63,249 nucleotides of DNA, filler included, from Reticulomyxa filosa (GCA_000512085.1; 18 parts of 18 records of this genome joined end to end with filler, not necessarily neighbours in it), one strand, 5' to 3'; positions 50,238-63,249 are shown, counted from the whole stretch's first letter. Numbers and translations are program-made. The notes: a model not told the origin generated them from the letters alone.

Positions 50238-53200
50238 TGTATTTAATAAAAATGAAAAACAAAAATTGTAATGGACGCATGACTATAGAATTTTTACGTA
50301 AAAAAAGGTATGTGTAATATGCAATTTTTATTTTGTCGTGAACACACAAATGAATTTGTTATTAATTGTTTTACATTTTCATTTTATTGTTGTTTTTGTG
50401 ATTTACTTTTAATTTTATTTTTTTGTAGATGTAGATTAGAATGAAAAGCATATTTTTTTTGTTATTTCAATAACTTTTTTTTAAGGAATTATTGAATAGT
50501 TTTTTTAATTACCAATTCGATATTTTTGCCATGTGGTAATGAGTTGACAAATGAGCTAAAAGATGCACAGGAATTTCAGGTGTCTTTATGAGGCCAGCAA
50601 GAGATTAGGGTTTGAAAGCGGTGAAACTTTAAGCCAAGTTCGAAAAGAGGAAAAGATAGGTCGTATATGAATTGGGAAAAAATATGTATTCCTTTAAAAT
50701 CACATTATGTTTTTTTTAATTTAGAAAAGGGATTGTTGCAAATCAAATGTACAAATAACTCGATTATTATATTATGTTGTGGAAAAAAAGACAATATTTT
50801 TTTGCTATTGATGGGAAAAATACCAAAAATAGGATTTTTTTTCTAGATATTTCGTTTACCAAAAAAAGGTCCCCATTGTTGAAACAGAAATAATTCAAAA
50901 CAAAAAAACACAAAAAATTACAAATTTAAATTTTTGTTACGTTGCTTCAATGAGTTCACATTTTCAGTCCTGAAATGTTTAGGTACCTATTCCGTAAAAT
51001 GCGTTTATACGTAATCAAAACAAAGGCAAGTCACAGCTGGGCATGTTTTGAAAATAGAAAAGCGCTCCATTCATCAACTTTGGCAATTGCAAAGAAATTT
51101 CTTCCATAAAGACGTTAAAGGTTTTCATTCCCACTTCACAAGTTCAAAGCTATTGACATTCAACGTCCCTTTACAACAAAGAAAAACACTTAAGCATTTT
51201 TATTTTCTTCATTTCTCTTCTTAAAAAAATTGTAACATTAAAAATTATGTAATTCATGAAAAAGAAAAGTTGTAATAAAATTTTCCATAGTTTCAAATTT
51301 CTTTACATCATTTGATGCTGCTTTGCGTATTGTTACTTTTTACTTACGTGTAATTATTTCGTTTACTGCAAAATCCGATCAAAAACAAAAAAAAATTTTG
51401 ATCAAAAAGTGACTTTGATATTTGTCTTTGTTTAATGGCATTAGATTTGGACGATCAAAAGAATATATACATTAATATGCATTACTTTTGACAGCAAAAG
51501 ATTGGAATAACAAAACGTAATTTAAAAATTTATTTTATTTATTGTGTTCGTCTTAGGCTTAAGGACATGAGGATTGTGATGCAAACTAGATGAAGATTGT
51601 ATGTTTGCAAATGATAAAAGAGAATGTAAATTTTATCTATGAAAACACATCATTTCTATAATTATTGTTATTTGATACAATTTGTGTGACTTTTTTCTTT
51701 AACCATTTTGGAATTTTCTAAAAATGTATAAAAAGAATTCTATAGAAACGACTATATTCTGACATACCAATTTGCCGATTTCCTGCAGCCTTGCAATATT
51801 TTTTAAAATTGAATCAAATAGAACAAAAAAAGTAATAGCTTTGAGAAATTGAAGCTCACACAGAACTCGAAGCCCAACTTTTTTCTAAAAAAAAAAAATG
51901 GCTGGAATATTCTATGATAACATACTAAATCAGTACAAATAAAATGTAACGTTATCTTCTGACAATTGACAATATTGCAAAAGAAAAAAGACGTCAACAA
52001 GAGTATTAAGTGAATACACAAAAACATGTTTGATTGTTTTACAAATTACTTTTATACACACGATTTTTCTGATTGCTAGGAATAGTTAATTGCAAAAAAA
52101 TGTTTTTAATGATATTTAGGTTTCATATTCTTTAAAATGTTGCCATTTTTGTAGCAACATCAAAAATTAATTTGTAAACAATTTTTAAATAAAAAAATGC
52201 ATGGTGCTTATTTTCTGTGCATTTGCCATTCATTTACATAATGTAAAATATCATCACTTAAATGCTATTTATATTGTTTATCAGTAACACCTTTTTTTAA
52301 ATAAAATAAATTACTTACTATTACCTTAGATCTCAAAGAAGAAAAAGTGATTTGATATCTTTCGGTTTTTGATCTTGGTGAAAGACTTTTTATGTACTGC
52401 AAAATTATCAACAGTTTCTATTGGAGCATTGATACATAAATGCAAATAAAGAAATGAAAAGATTGAATAACAAATTTCCCCCAATAGACATCTCTTTGTA
52501 TCGGGGATAAAAAATTGCATTAAATTCTCTTTCAAGATTGATTGCTTTGCCTCACATATTCTTGTATTCATTTACATTTTGTTATCGCCATTATCCGATC
52601 ATCTACAATTTAACAATCTGTAGCAAGTTCTGGTGTAGAATTAGAAGTGCTACGAAAATCTACTCTTGTCAAGTAATTCAACAAATTAAGTAAATGAAAG
52701 GAATTTCAAAGTGGCATTCTTCTTCAAGATGCTTACAATTTTGCATCATTATTTTCAAAAAAAGAAAGAAAATATCATCTACATTGCCGACTAGATGATC
52801 TAAATACGAATTCGTTAAATTCCAATTATGTAATCAGTAAAAGTTTAAAAGTTTGTTGGGTCAGTCAATCAATAGGAAGAATAATTTTTAAAATGTAACC
52901 AGTATTGTCTGTGATCATTGTGAGTTAATTCGTGGTTTATCGACCTGTTTTTTTTTTGCAAAAATAATAAAGATGTATGGAGTTATTTGAGCTTTTATTT
53001 AGCCATTTCTAAGTGCTCTTTTGCACACTGGTTTTGCTGATCTTGTTCAAATACGATGAAAAGAAATGCTTTTGTTTTGTTTCAAGACAGGACTATCAAT
53101 TGGATATAATGAAGATAATAACACTTTTCAATTTCACAAACTAAGAATACTGCATTGATATGATTGTAATGGTTATAAACGGATTGCCTCAAAGTCAATG

Positions 53201-53337
53201 TACAAGTATTCAATTCGAGAAAACGAATGATGAAATTTGAAAACACTTTACCAGTCCATTGAAAGATTGTGCGGCAATATTGAGTGAAGAAAACAATCAT
53301 ATACACATCACTGAAGAAAAAATGATAAAAGGCAACA

Positions 53338-53830
53338 GTATCAACTCACATGAAGACTAAAGTGCGTATACGAGATATTTCACAGCTGGTAATGATTTGT
53401 TTATTTTATTTGTTTTGATGAATTGATAAATAATAAATAATGGACAGTCAAAAAATGAAATAAAATATATTATTGAATATTGGATTCAAACTTTAAAAAT
53501 AAAATTAGTATGGAGTAGATGAAATAAATTTTGAAGAAATATTTGTTAACCATACTATTTTGATTTTGATTTTTATTTCATGACCACGAAATTTACAAAT
53601 TTTTTTTTTAAGTATTTTCAAAATATATAAAAAGAAAGGTTAAGAATCAAAGCAAATAACGTATTGTTCAATAAATATTATATGAATGTTTTTTATAACT
53701 GATTTTTTCAATAAGTGATAAATAACAAATGATTGTTGCTTATACCAATTACTGCACGCAATTCATAATCATTTTTATCTCTTCAAATGATAATTGGATA
53801 ATTGTTACAGATAAGTTTGTAATAAAACTT
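53338..53830. pseudogene. Two oppositely oriented relics of the Kelch-like family
   Basis: Plus strand: VSTHMKTKVR.. and SKNEIKYIIEYWIQTLKIKLVW. Minus strand 53700-53830 matches 13920-14040 DNA (tgcgtgcagt.attgg...catttgttatttat.acttatt). Confidence 0.65.
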
Positions 53831-54318
53831 TCTGTTGTATAGGTAATATAAAATCTAGAAAATAAATCTGTTTTAAAGTGAAAATATGCCATTACGTAAC
53901 TCTTTTCAAACAAAATTATTTTATTTCACATTTTTTTACATAACAAATCATCCATTAAATGTTCTCCGTTTATCTCAAAAAAGAGAATGTTCTTTTCAAG
54001 CCGTCACAAAGATATCCTAATAACATTACAAATCCATTTTCCATGGCGTAATGCACAAAGAAGTAGTTTGTAGTTTCTAAGTTTTCTTAGTTTATCTCAT
54101 CTAATCTTCTGTTGATGACGCAGTTTTTGTCAAGTTTCTTTCAGATTATCATTTTGGGAAAAAAGACAATAGAAATTGTCAAAATTTTTTGATGCCTTTG
54201 TCGTATGTTAAAGTTATAGACTGAGATAAGCTTGACAGTAATATCAAAAATTGTTAACAGAAAAACAGAGAAAAAAAAGGGAAGAAAAAATTTTGGAGTT
54301 TTCTGACATTAGACAAAT

Positions 54319-56473
54319 ATGTCCTTTCAAGCCTCTATTTGTATCGAAAATAAAATTTCTGAAGTGACACTCACCTCCTTGTCATTGGAAAATCTGGAGG
54401 ATGAGGTGAAAGAGCTAATTAGTAACAGACCCGAATTAAAACAAAAAAATCCATTTTATTTTAAAATCATGGACTCAAGTGGTAAAAGCATAACCAATGA
54501 TGAAAAACTTCGACTTGCATTTACTACCAATCCTGCTCACTTTTTTATTTATTTCATTGAAGGTTTTGTATTTCTTTAAAAAAGAGATATTTTCTTTAAA
54601 TAAAAGAAAATTGAATTGAAAATGTAAATAATCAGAAAACAATGATGAAGAAAAGAAATATCCTAATAAAGAAATGGATGGAATAAAATCTCCTAATAAA
54701 GAAATGGATGAAATAAAATATCTTGACGACAAAAAACAAGAAGTTGAATCTATTGAATTGGATAAAAATATACAATGGAATAATGCAAACAAGGAAGCTC
54801 ATTCAATGTTCTGTAATCTGACTCGGGATAGACAAGAAGGAGTTGTGATTGTTTCAACTGATCTTAGTCAATTTGCAAAACCAAATGATCGATGGTTTTT
54901 TCAAGATATCCCTTTTACAAAGATGATTAATTCAAATAAATATTTAAGAGAAAAAAAGGAATTTCCACCATATACTATTTATTTATTTCGTTCAAATCGT
55001 ATCACATTTGATAATATTACGATCGATGGATGTGTTTATGTTGCTAATTGTACCATTGATGCAATTGGTCATTTTCATATTACTCAATACCTTATGCGTA
55101 ACGAACAATCTTATATTCGTTATATTTTTCCACAGTATGTTTTGACTATCACGGTGCCCATTGATATGGACGAGTTTGTGCAATGGATAAGAGATTCATA
55201 TAAGAACTCAACTTCTAATAGAACATTATCACTGATTCGTTTTGTACTTTGTTATAGACTGCAAATATATGGTGATTCTGATATTAAAGTCTCAGAATAT
55301 TGTAGTTGGTTAGGAGATGCATATATTACAAGAGGAGAATATGACAAATCAATTGAATATCATGAGAAAGCATTGATAATAAAAGTAGATAAATTGGGAC
55401 CAGATCATGTTGATATTGGTAAGTTATATAATGCATTGGGAATTGCTCATAACGAAAGAGGAGAATACGACAAAGCAATTGCACATCACAAAAAGGCGTT
55501 GAAAATTAGATCAAAAAATTTAGGTAGTGATCACTCTGATGTTGCTAATTCTTACGATAGTTTGGGAAGAGTTTATCATAGAAAAGCAGAATATAATAAA
55601 GCATATAACTATCATAGAAAAGCATTAAAGATTTATTCTAAAAAAATCAACGAAGATCAAAGAAAACTTGCCATTTGTTACAATCACCTAGGAAACGTTT
55701 ATTATGGAAAAGGAAAATATGGTAAAGCAATTAGATGCTATAAAAAATACTTGAAAATTTCATCAGAACAATTCGATTCAAATCATACAGAGGTAGCAAT
55801 GTCGTTCAACAATTTGGGAATAGTACATTTTGAAACAGGAGAATATATTACATCAATAAAATATCATGAAAAGGCATTGAATATTCGATTCAAAAAATTT
55901 GGTAAAAGACATGCATCTGTTGCAAAATCATTGAATGAATTGGGATTAGTGTGGATAAGAGGAAAAAAACAAATAAATAAGGCTAAAGAATGTGTTGATA
56001 AGGCTTTGGAAATTTTGATAAATGATAAGAGTGATAACTTTGATTTAGATCTTGCAAAATCTTATGATGTGTTGGGATTGATATTGGAAAAGAAAGGAAC
56101 AAATGAAGAAGCAATTCAATATTTTGGAAAATCGTTAGAAATTAAATTGAAAAAGTTGAATAATGATCATCCTCGTATTAGTTGGTCTTTCCATTATTTG
56201 GCAAGTGCATTTAAAAATAAAAATGAATTGAATAAGTCAATTGAATTTGGAGAAAAAGCATTGAAATTGAGATTGGATAAATTGGATTGCGATCATCCAG
56301 ACATTGGTAAATCCTATGATCTTTTAGGAGATATTCATTTTGCAAAGAGAGATAAAACTAAAACAAAAGAATGTTATGAAAATGCAATCAAGATTTTTAA
56401 GGAAATATTTGGTGAACGACATCATACAACACAGGATGTGATACTAAAATTGGAAAAGATCAATGGAGTTTAA
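54319..56473 (+). CDS. TPR-repeat protein (kinesin-light-chain-type 42-aa TPRs) with N-terminal PB1/ubiquitin-like module
   Basis: About 9 repeats of A.SY..LG..Y...G.Y.KAI.Y..KAL.I. Intron 54563-54635 joins the 86-aa and 599-aa ORFs. 30-bp tandem duplication at 54661-54720. Confidence 0.9.
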
Positions 56474-57889
56474 TTATCTGTGTTTAATTTTTTTTAATCA
56501 TAGATAATGATAATAATGATAATAAACAAGAAAGAAGGAAAAAAACGTGAAATGGTGGGAAGAAAGAGCTGAAAATGATAAAATTGAAATTGTTCAACAA
56601 TTTGAAAGATTGTCACGAGGTGATTTTAGGACGTGGTTGTTGAATCAAAGAAAATGGAACAATAATTTGAATAATGAAGATATTCCTGTAATTCGTAGTA
56701 CTATTGAATCATATATTACCAACAATAATATCAATGATGTTTTGTTTTTTTTAATTAATTTTTTTTTTTTTTTTTTAAGAGTCAAGGCAAAACAGTTTGT
56801 GTGTATTGAAATAGGATGATATAGGAAAAGCAAAATGCGAAGTTTTCATATTTTCTTTTTTTTATTTATTTTATTTTATTTTGGTGTAAATTTGTCTATT
56901 TTGTACTTTTCAAAAAATATACAGCTTGGCACANNNNNNNNNNNNNNNNNNNNNNNNNNNNNNNNNNNNNNNNNNNNTTAATTAATTAANNNNNNNNNNN
57001 NNNNNNNNNNNNNNNNNNNNNNNNNNNNNNNNNTATCTGTGATGATAATATTAGTTTTGTTTTTCAAAATTCTTCTTAAGAATAATAATAATAATACTTT
57101 TGAAACCTACAAACAGGACATAACAAAGAAGATACATCAATTGGACTTGTCAACAGATTTGTGTTTGCTAATTGTGGACTACCAAGATTATACCAAAAAT
57201 TTACATATGATACATAATGTAAAGTTATTATCAACATTATATTTCCAAAATTATTCAAATGTTATGTTCAATACGTCAATTTACTAAATATTTTTACGTA
57301 CTTAAACAAATAGCGTATTGATTTCAATTTTTAAAATACTTATTGTTTGTGCAGGAACAACGAGTGTGGCTAAGTGTAATACAAACGGAACTTAGTTCCA
57401 AAAACCAGTTTCAATGAAAAAAAAGTAATTTAACGACAATAATTGCAACAAGACAAAGAAAAGAGTAAAGCAAGAGAGAAAGTCTGTGAAGCCCATTGGG
57501 AGTTCCATAGTCCCCTTAGAACTTTGCCGTTCACACAGGAACTTACCCAAATTTGTTTAAAAAAAATTTTAGATAAAATTCAACTGTTTTCATTTATTTA
57601 ATAATTTTTGTTTAATATTTGTTGCGAAATTTGAGGTCTTTGATTGAAATTTTTGAAAAACAAAACGTAGACGGATAATCCAAAATAACTTGATGATAAA
57701 TAACATTTTAGAACTAATGATGAGAAATCCGTCTGTTTCTTGAACATTTGAGCTGATGGCCCTACAAAAAAATATTTTATTACATTGGAAACATTAACAA
57801 TGTTGTGACTGATTTTTGACAATACAATTTAGCGATAAAACACAGTTTTTTTTTATAAAAAAAAAAGAAACTTTCAAAATGAAGAATTT

Positions 57890-58517
57890 CACAAACTTTG
57901 TTTGAACAAGCAAGTGCACACTTTACAATTGGATTTGTTGAGATGGAGTATAAATAGAGATGTTTAGTAAGCAGATTGTGAAAAACAAAGCAAAAAAAAC
58001 AAGCACCAAAAGAACGTGAAAGAGAAAACAAGTTGCACAAGAGTTGTTAGATCCGAACAGAATTGCGGGGAAGAAAAACAAGGTATATAATACTATTTTA
58101 TTTCAAGGAATTTTGTACCTTCAAGTTCGTTGAGATGTTCGTTGTTATTTTTATGGGAAGCAATTCGAAATGGGGACGAGCAGCTGACCATTTCCGATGG
58201 TAAGTCAGAGGGTTGTTTGGAAGTGTTATCCCATGGACACCAATAAATACCTTGGTCTTGCAACCACGCTAAATGGGTGCTCCAAAAGCTGCCTGTGCAA
58301 GGACACAAAGTGAAGACAAATAGCATCATATATGTATATATTATAAAGGAGCACCCCCCCCTCCTTTTTTTTTTTAAAAAAAAAAAAAAAAAACCTGGTT
58401 GATATTTCCATCGTTTGGAATGAATAAGCATCAATAACAAGATGAAAGGTAGGTACATTAAATTGAATAAAAAGGATGTTTTGCCTAAGGCATGATTGGA
58501 ATGACTGTCAGTGTTTC
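57890..58517 (-). CDS. Multi-exon fragment of a hypothetical membrane protein
   Basis: Exon-like blocks separated by GT-AG introns (e.g. KYQP|..|SFWSTHLAW..NELE|); begins at the gap. Confidence 0.4.
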
Positions 58518-60478
58518 NNNNNNNNNNNNNNNNNNNNNNNNNNNNNNNNNNNNNNNNNNNNTTAATTAATTAANNNNNNNNNNNNNNNNNNNNNNNNNNN
58601 NNNNNNNNNNNNNNNNNCAAGTATGACATGTTCCGAACACCAACTCTTTGCACATGATGGACGCCTACAGCATTCAATTTGACAGTTATATCTTGTTTAG
58701 TATTGCAGTATTGTATTGTCGCAGTAATATATTTTTTAAAATTAATTAATCTTTTTTTTACAAATATGCGCTGTAATTGGACGAACGCTATACGAATGCA
58801 ATGTCTGCGCTCACCCACTTGCTACAGTACAATGAGGCGCATATACTATCGATATCGAGCTGGTACCACCAATGTTGTTCATGAACATTTTATTTTGCTT
58901 TGCTTTGTTTTGAATCTCTTCTTCTTCGGTCCCAACAAATTATTAATTGTTTCTTTTATATTCTATGAAATGAATATATTGACATTGGATGATGTTTGCC
59001 TTATCTTGACTCTGTGTTAGACCTGGTTAAACTGGGTTTCAGAAAGAAAAGTTTAGTGAGTCACAAAAGCAAGATATGAAGATAATGACAAAATTAAAGA
59101 GCTGAAAAAAATACATCAAATTATAACATTTGGTCGCTTACATGAAGACGACACTAGAGTTAACTTTTTATTATAATTGCATCAATAGTGGAAGAAATAA
59201 CTTGCGGTCACACTAATAGTTTAGTGCTAGTCAGCATCATAGCGACAGTAGTGAAAGCACTGGCTGCAGTCGTCGTAATCATAGTAAGTTGATCGTTGTA
59301 TATTATATATTGTAAATAGATATTCACTTTGACTTCACATTTGTGAACTATTACTAATCACTATTTGCTATCTTTCATCACATTACTTCTACTATCATTT
59401 CTTTCAAGTTATAGCATCACATTATAATTGTTGATACATATATTAATTTCAGCTTCATTAAGACTTTTTATATTGTGGTTAACAGTATAATTACTCCAAT
59501 TTGTTGATTTGTTGTCGATTGCTTGTCCTTTCACATGAACTATTTTTTGACATTGCTTGCCACTGTTCGGTCTGATGGTCTTATTTGATAATGTTCTCTT
59601 TGTGTCGACCACTATCATCATAACAACAACGATATGCAAAAAAAAAAACAAACTAGTGAAAGAAATGGAAAACGATAATGTAAGTCAAACAAGTGGAAAC
59701 AAACAACAGGACGTAAATGAAAATGAAGTGATAAGAAAATAAAACATAAAAAATAATGTATATTTACAAATTATAAAAGTTCAAGTTTGCGTGAAACTGA
59801 TACGTTCAAAAACATCATGCACCAATACTTGGAAAACGGTAAGTTTGTGTTCATCAGACTGTGAAATCGCAAAAATACATTGCACGAACCCACATCGATA
59901 CAAATGTTCCAGTGCGCATTAATATACAAAATGTGTATACGCAGATGGCGCACGATANNNNNNNNNNNNNNNNNNNNNNNNNNNNNNNNNNNNNNNNNNN
60001 NTTAATTAATTAANNNNNNNNNNNNNNNNNNNNNNNNNNNNNNNNNNNNNNNNNNNNATTCGGTATTGAATTCGAGTATTAAACATTAAATTAGGATGGA
60101 TCAATGATTTTGCTTTTTCTATGCAATTACAATCAAAATACTCAAATGATTCATGATAGTTGTTGGATTAAAATAATTTGGAAACTGGCCTATTACTTTT
60201 ATTGACTTCTTTTTCAAGTTTCCTAAAGCTTGCTTTGATAAAATTAGAAAATATAGATCTTACGTTTATATCACTTTAAAAAATTCTGTATATTCAAAAT
60301 AAAAAAATAAGATTATTATGCTGACAAATAACCTCAATTGATTTGAAATTTTGACAACTATGTTATCACTTCAAATTTAGAAATGAATCAATTGAAAAAT
60401 GTAAATCAATCAATTTTATCTCGTCTTTTTACATCACAAAAATTGTAGCAAATTCAAAAAAACTGTATTTGTGTGTGT

Positions 60479-61085
60479 TCATTCCCAAAAACAAATTGGA
60501 CCATTGTATGAACCATAACATAAGCTTACACCACAACCATTATTTGGTTTTTGTTCATGACTCTTTACTTTCTTTTTCAATGACATAAATTTAAGACATG
60601 TTATCCCATCATCTCCTTTGTCTCCTTTAATCACATACAGCTCACTCTTATTTGATCGAATGTCCCAAAATCGGATTGTGTTATCATATGATCCAGAACA
60701 TAACACATTTGAATTACCAATATTATTCTTTATTACAAATGGTGAATATTCAGCATACCATACATAGTCTTTATGTCCGTTGAACATTTGAAATTGTTTA
60801 CCAGATCGAATATCCCACAAGCGAATACTTTTATCATGTGATCCTGATAATATTATATTTCGTAATTCATTTGATCCATATCTTACACTATTCACACGAG
60901 ATTCATGTCCTTTGAATAAAATCAACTGCTTGTTTGTTTTAATATCCCATATTCGAATAGTTTTATCTCCTGATCCAGAACAAATAGTATATCCATTTCC
61001 ACCAATCAAACCAATATTATTACTTTTATTATCATTGTTGCTATTACTTTGCAATGGTGAAATATCAACACACCAAACAATATCT
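60479..61085 (-). CDS. WD40-repeat protein, C-terminal part (expanded family)
   Basis: GYTICSGSGDKTIRIWD, GHESRVNSV..SGSHDKSIRLWD, GHKDYV..SGSYDNTIRFWD. Confidence 0.92.
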
Positions 61086-61209
61086 NNNNNNNNNNNNNNN
61101 NNNNNNNNNNNNNNNNNNNNNNNNNNNNNTTAATTAATTAANNNNNNNNNNNNNNNNNNNNNNNNNNNNNNNNNNNNNNNNNNNNAAAAAAAAAAAAAAA
61201 AAAAGGTAA

Positions 61210-62011
61210 TCAGATTAATACACACGCACAATTGTCAAAAGCAGAACGGTTCTTTGCCTCCATTTCTTGTTCGATCAATTGAATTTTCTGACCGACCTCA
61301 CTGGTGTACAAGACAACGTCTTCGACAGTGGAGATAGCATGAAGGAGGGCAAGAAATGCCTCGTCGACGTTTGACGCAGTTTTGGCACTGGTCTCAAAGA
61401 AGAGCATTCCGTTCGTTTGTGCATAGGCGGCGGCGTCACTTGTGCTGACCTGCCGCAAATCTTCTTGCAAATCACTTTTATTGCCCAACAACAAAAACTT
61501 AAATTTTGAGACATTTCTATCGTTGCTTGTATTTTTTATGAAACTCTGACGCCATTGATCCACGTGCGCAAATGATGTCTTCGAACTTATATCGTATACA
61601 AATACACATGCATCTGCACCACGAAAGTATGTACTACCCAACGCGTCATATCGTTCTTGTCCGGCTTATTTATTGAATTTGCATTTACAATTCAAAGTGG
61701 AAAGAGATTTATATATATATATATACATATATGTATATGTTTATATGTATACGTTAGTGCAAGAAAAAAAAACATACACACACACAAATCTTACCTGTAT
61801 CCCATATTTGTAAGCTTACATTGATATTATTTGTTGTCACTATCTTTGTTAGAAGATCGGCGCCAATCGTCGCTTGATGCGCTTCAATAAATTTCTTTTG
61901 CACGTACTGACGTAACAACGCGGTTTTGCCTACACCTGAATCGCCCAACACCACCAATTTTAACAACTGTCGGCGATTCACACCAACATCTTGCACCTTC
62001 TGTTCAGACAT
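61210..62011 (-). CDS. Rab7-like small GTPase (divergent paralog)
   Basis: LLKLVVLGDSGVGKT, ATIGADL, WDTAGQER (across intron 61665-61794), YFRGADACV.VYD, GNKSD, FETSAK; ends CACVLI. Confidence 0.9.
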
Positions 62012-62768
62012 GGGCTCACTTTAATATCTGACTTTGGCTATGAATGATATTATTATTTTTTTAGTTTGGTCAGACACCCCTTACCAAGTCTTTTTAGACG
62101 CACAAAACTTATGCTCGTCAATGAGAATTTTATTTGCAAGTTTAAATTCCACCTTTGATTTTAAACATTTTGTCTCAAAGTTAGGTTTGGTAATAGAAAT
62201 GACATAAGCAATAAATAAATAGAATATCCAAAGCTTATAAAAGAAAAAAATTATTGGATGTAAAGATAAGAAAAGAGCGTAGAGAAACTGAGAAACATTT
62301 TAAAAGTACTCTTCAATGTCAATGGAATTCTATTAAAAAAGAGGGCTGAAACTGAGACTTTGTATTGGGTAGCACCTTGTGTTACAAGAACACTTACGAA
62401 AGAAAAACAATAAGAAGAACAATAAATGGTGGAAATTACTGGGTTAAGGGGGTTATAAAAGAATAAAATTTAGCGGACGTTTGCAACGTTTTGACAAATC
62501 ACACAAAAAAAACAAAAAAAGCGTGAAAAATTTATCTGTCATCGGAGCAAAAAAACAGAAAGCTAAACACAAAATGAAAAATATCATAAAGAACGGAATG
62601 AGTTGTGTGAAATTTTACTTATTTGAAGTAAAGACCAAGGTTTTGTTTTATTTTTGAAACATTGCATGGTTAGTGTGGAGTGGCATCACCCATCACACGA
62701 AACATTGGCAGTGAATAAATAACCCAAGACAAACCAATAAAATAACAAAAAAAAAAAAAAAAAGGAAG

Positions 62769-63216
62769 TCACTGAATAGAGCCAGAAGAATGGCTCTCTC
62801 GAATCAAACTGAGTTTGGATTCTTCGGCATATTCTCGTCGAATTTGGCCAATGATTTTTTTTTTCAAAGACCTTTTTGCGCAAAGAACACAGCAGTACTG
62901 ACAAGAAAGGTCACAAAGTTTGCAACATTTGGAGTAATGAGCCTCAGAAAATTTGAAATTCAAATACAAAGTAATGGACGAAATGATGTTGTCCAAAGGG
63001 CATAAAAACAACCAAAATATATACATATTGTAATCAAAAGAGTCGACTGTGGTTTTCTGGGAACGGTGATTGATGACGTCCACATCCACCAAAATCCAAT
63101 AGAATATTATATATAGCGCATACAATAGCATTGGCAAAGAGGATATCAAGCATAGTACCGTTAACTTTGAAATTAATTTTATCAATGTTTCCTGGCGACT
63201 TTCCAAAGGGATATCA
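62769..63216 (-). CDS. Last exon of a 7TM/GPCR-like membrane protein
   Basis: Two TM helices, LD..I....LYL.F.F...Y..CC.LC and a Cys-rich tail; gene continues beyond the window end. Confidence 0.6.
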
Positions 63217-63249
63217 ATTCCTTTTTTTTTTCGCATAACATACATACAA

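Noticed and set aside
7459-61185. Recurrent TTAATTAATTAA flanked by N runs, superficially a regular repeat array
   Set aside because: Exact 44N-12-44N structure with six-frame stops is an assembly linker. It also means gene neighbourhoods across linkers are not real synteny.

Overview
This is AT-rich eukaryotic (protist) nuclear DNA, not a prokaryotic locus. It is a pseudo-scaffold of 18 segments joined by 17 identical artificial 100-bp linkers (44N-TTAATTAATTAA-44N). The expanded WD40, Kelch-like, RING/TRAF-Zn, TPR and 7TM-like families, with many decayed copies, resemble what I recall of the foraminiferan Reticulomyxa filosa (inference, not a database match). Gene-dense segments carry intron-containing genes for NADP-isocitrate dehydrogenase, an NBR1-like ZZ+FW autophagy receptor, an ankyrin-CaaX protein, an MGAT5/GT18-like glycosyltransferase, Sec12/PREB, a TBC1D13-like RabGAP, the queuosine salvage glycosylase QNG1, dynamitin (DCTN2), a TPR protein and a Rab7-like GTPase. 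The most unusual signals are five. (1) Introns mostly have GTT/GTW donors and poly-A or purine-rich acceptors instead of a polypyrimidine tract. (2) Two long A-arm/T-arm foldbacks and a GC-rich multi-hairpin island sit in non-coding DNA. (3) Four reading-frame breaks in otherwise intact genes could be assembly errors or very small introns. (4) A short IIxYWIRxLKIKLGW box recurs among the expanded repeat-protein families. (5) Two uncharacterised CaaX proteins look like heme or metal binders. No rRNA, tRNA or CRISPR array was recognised.
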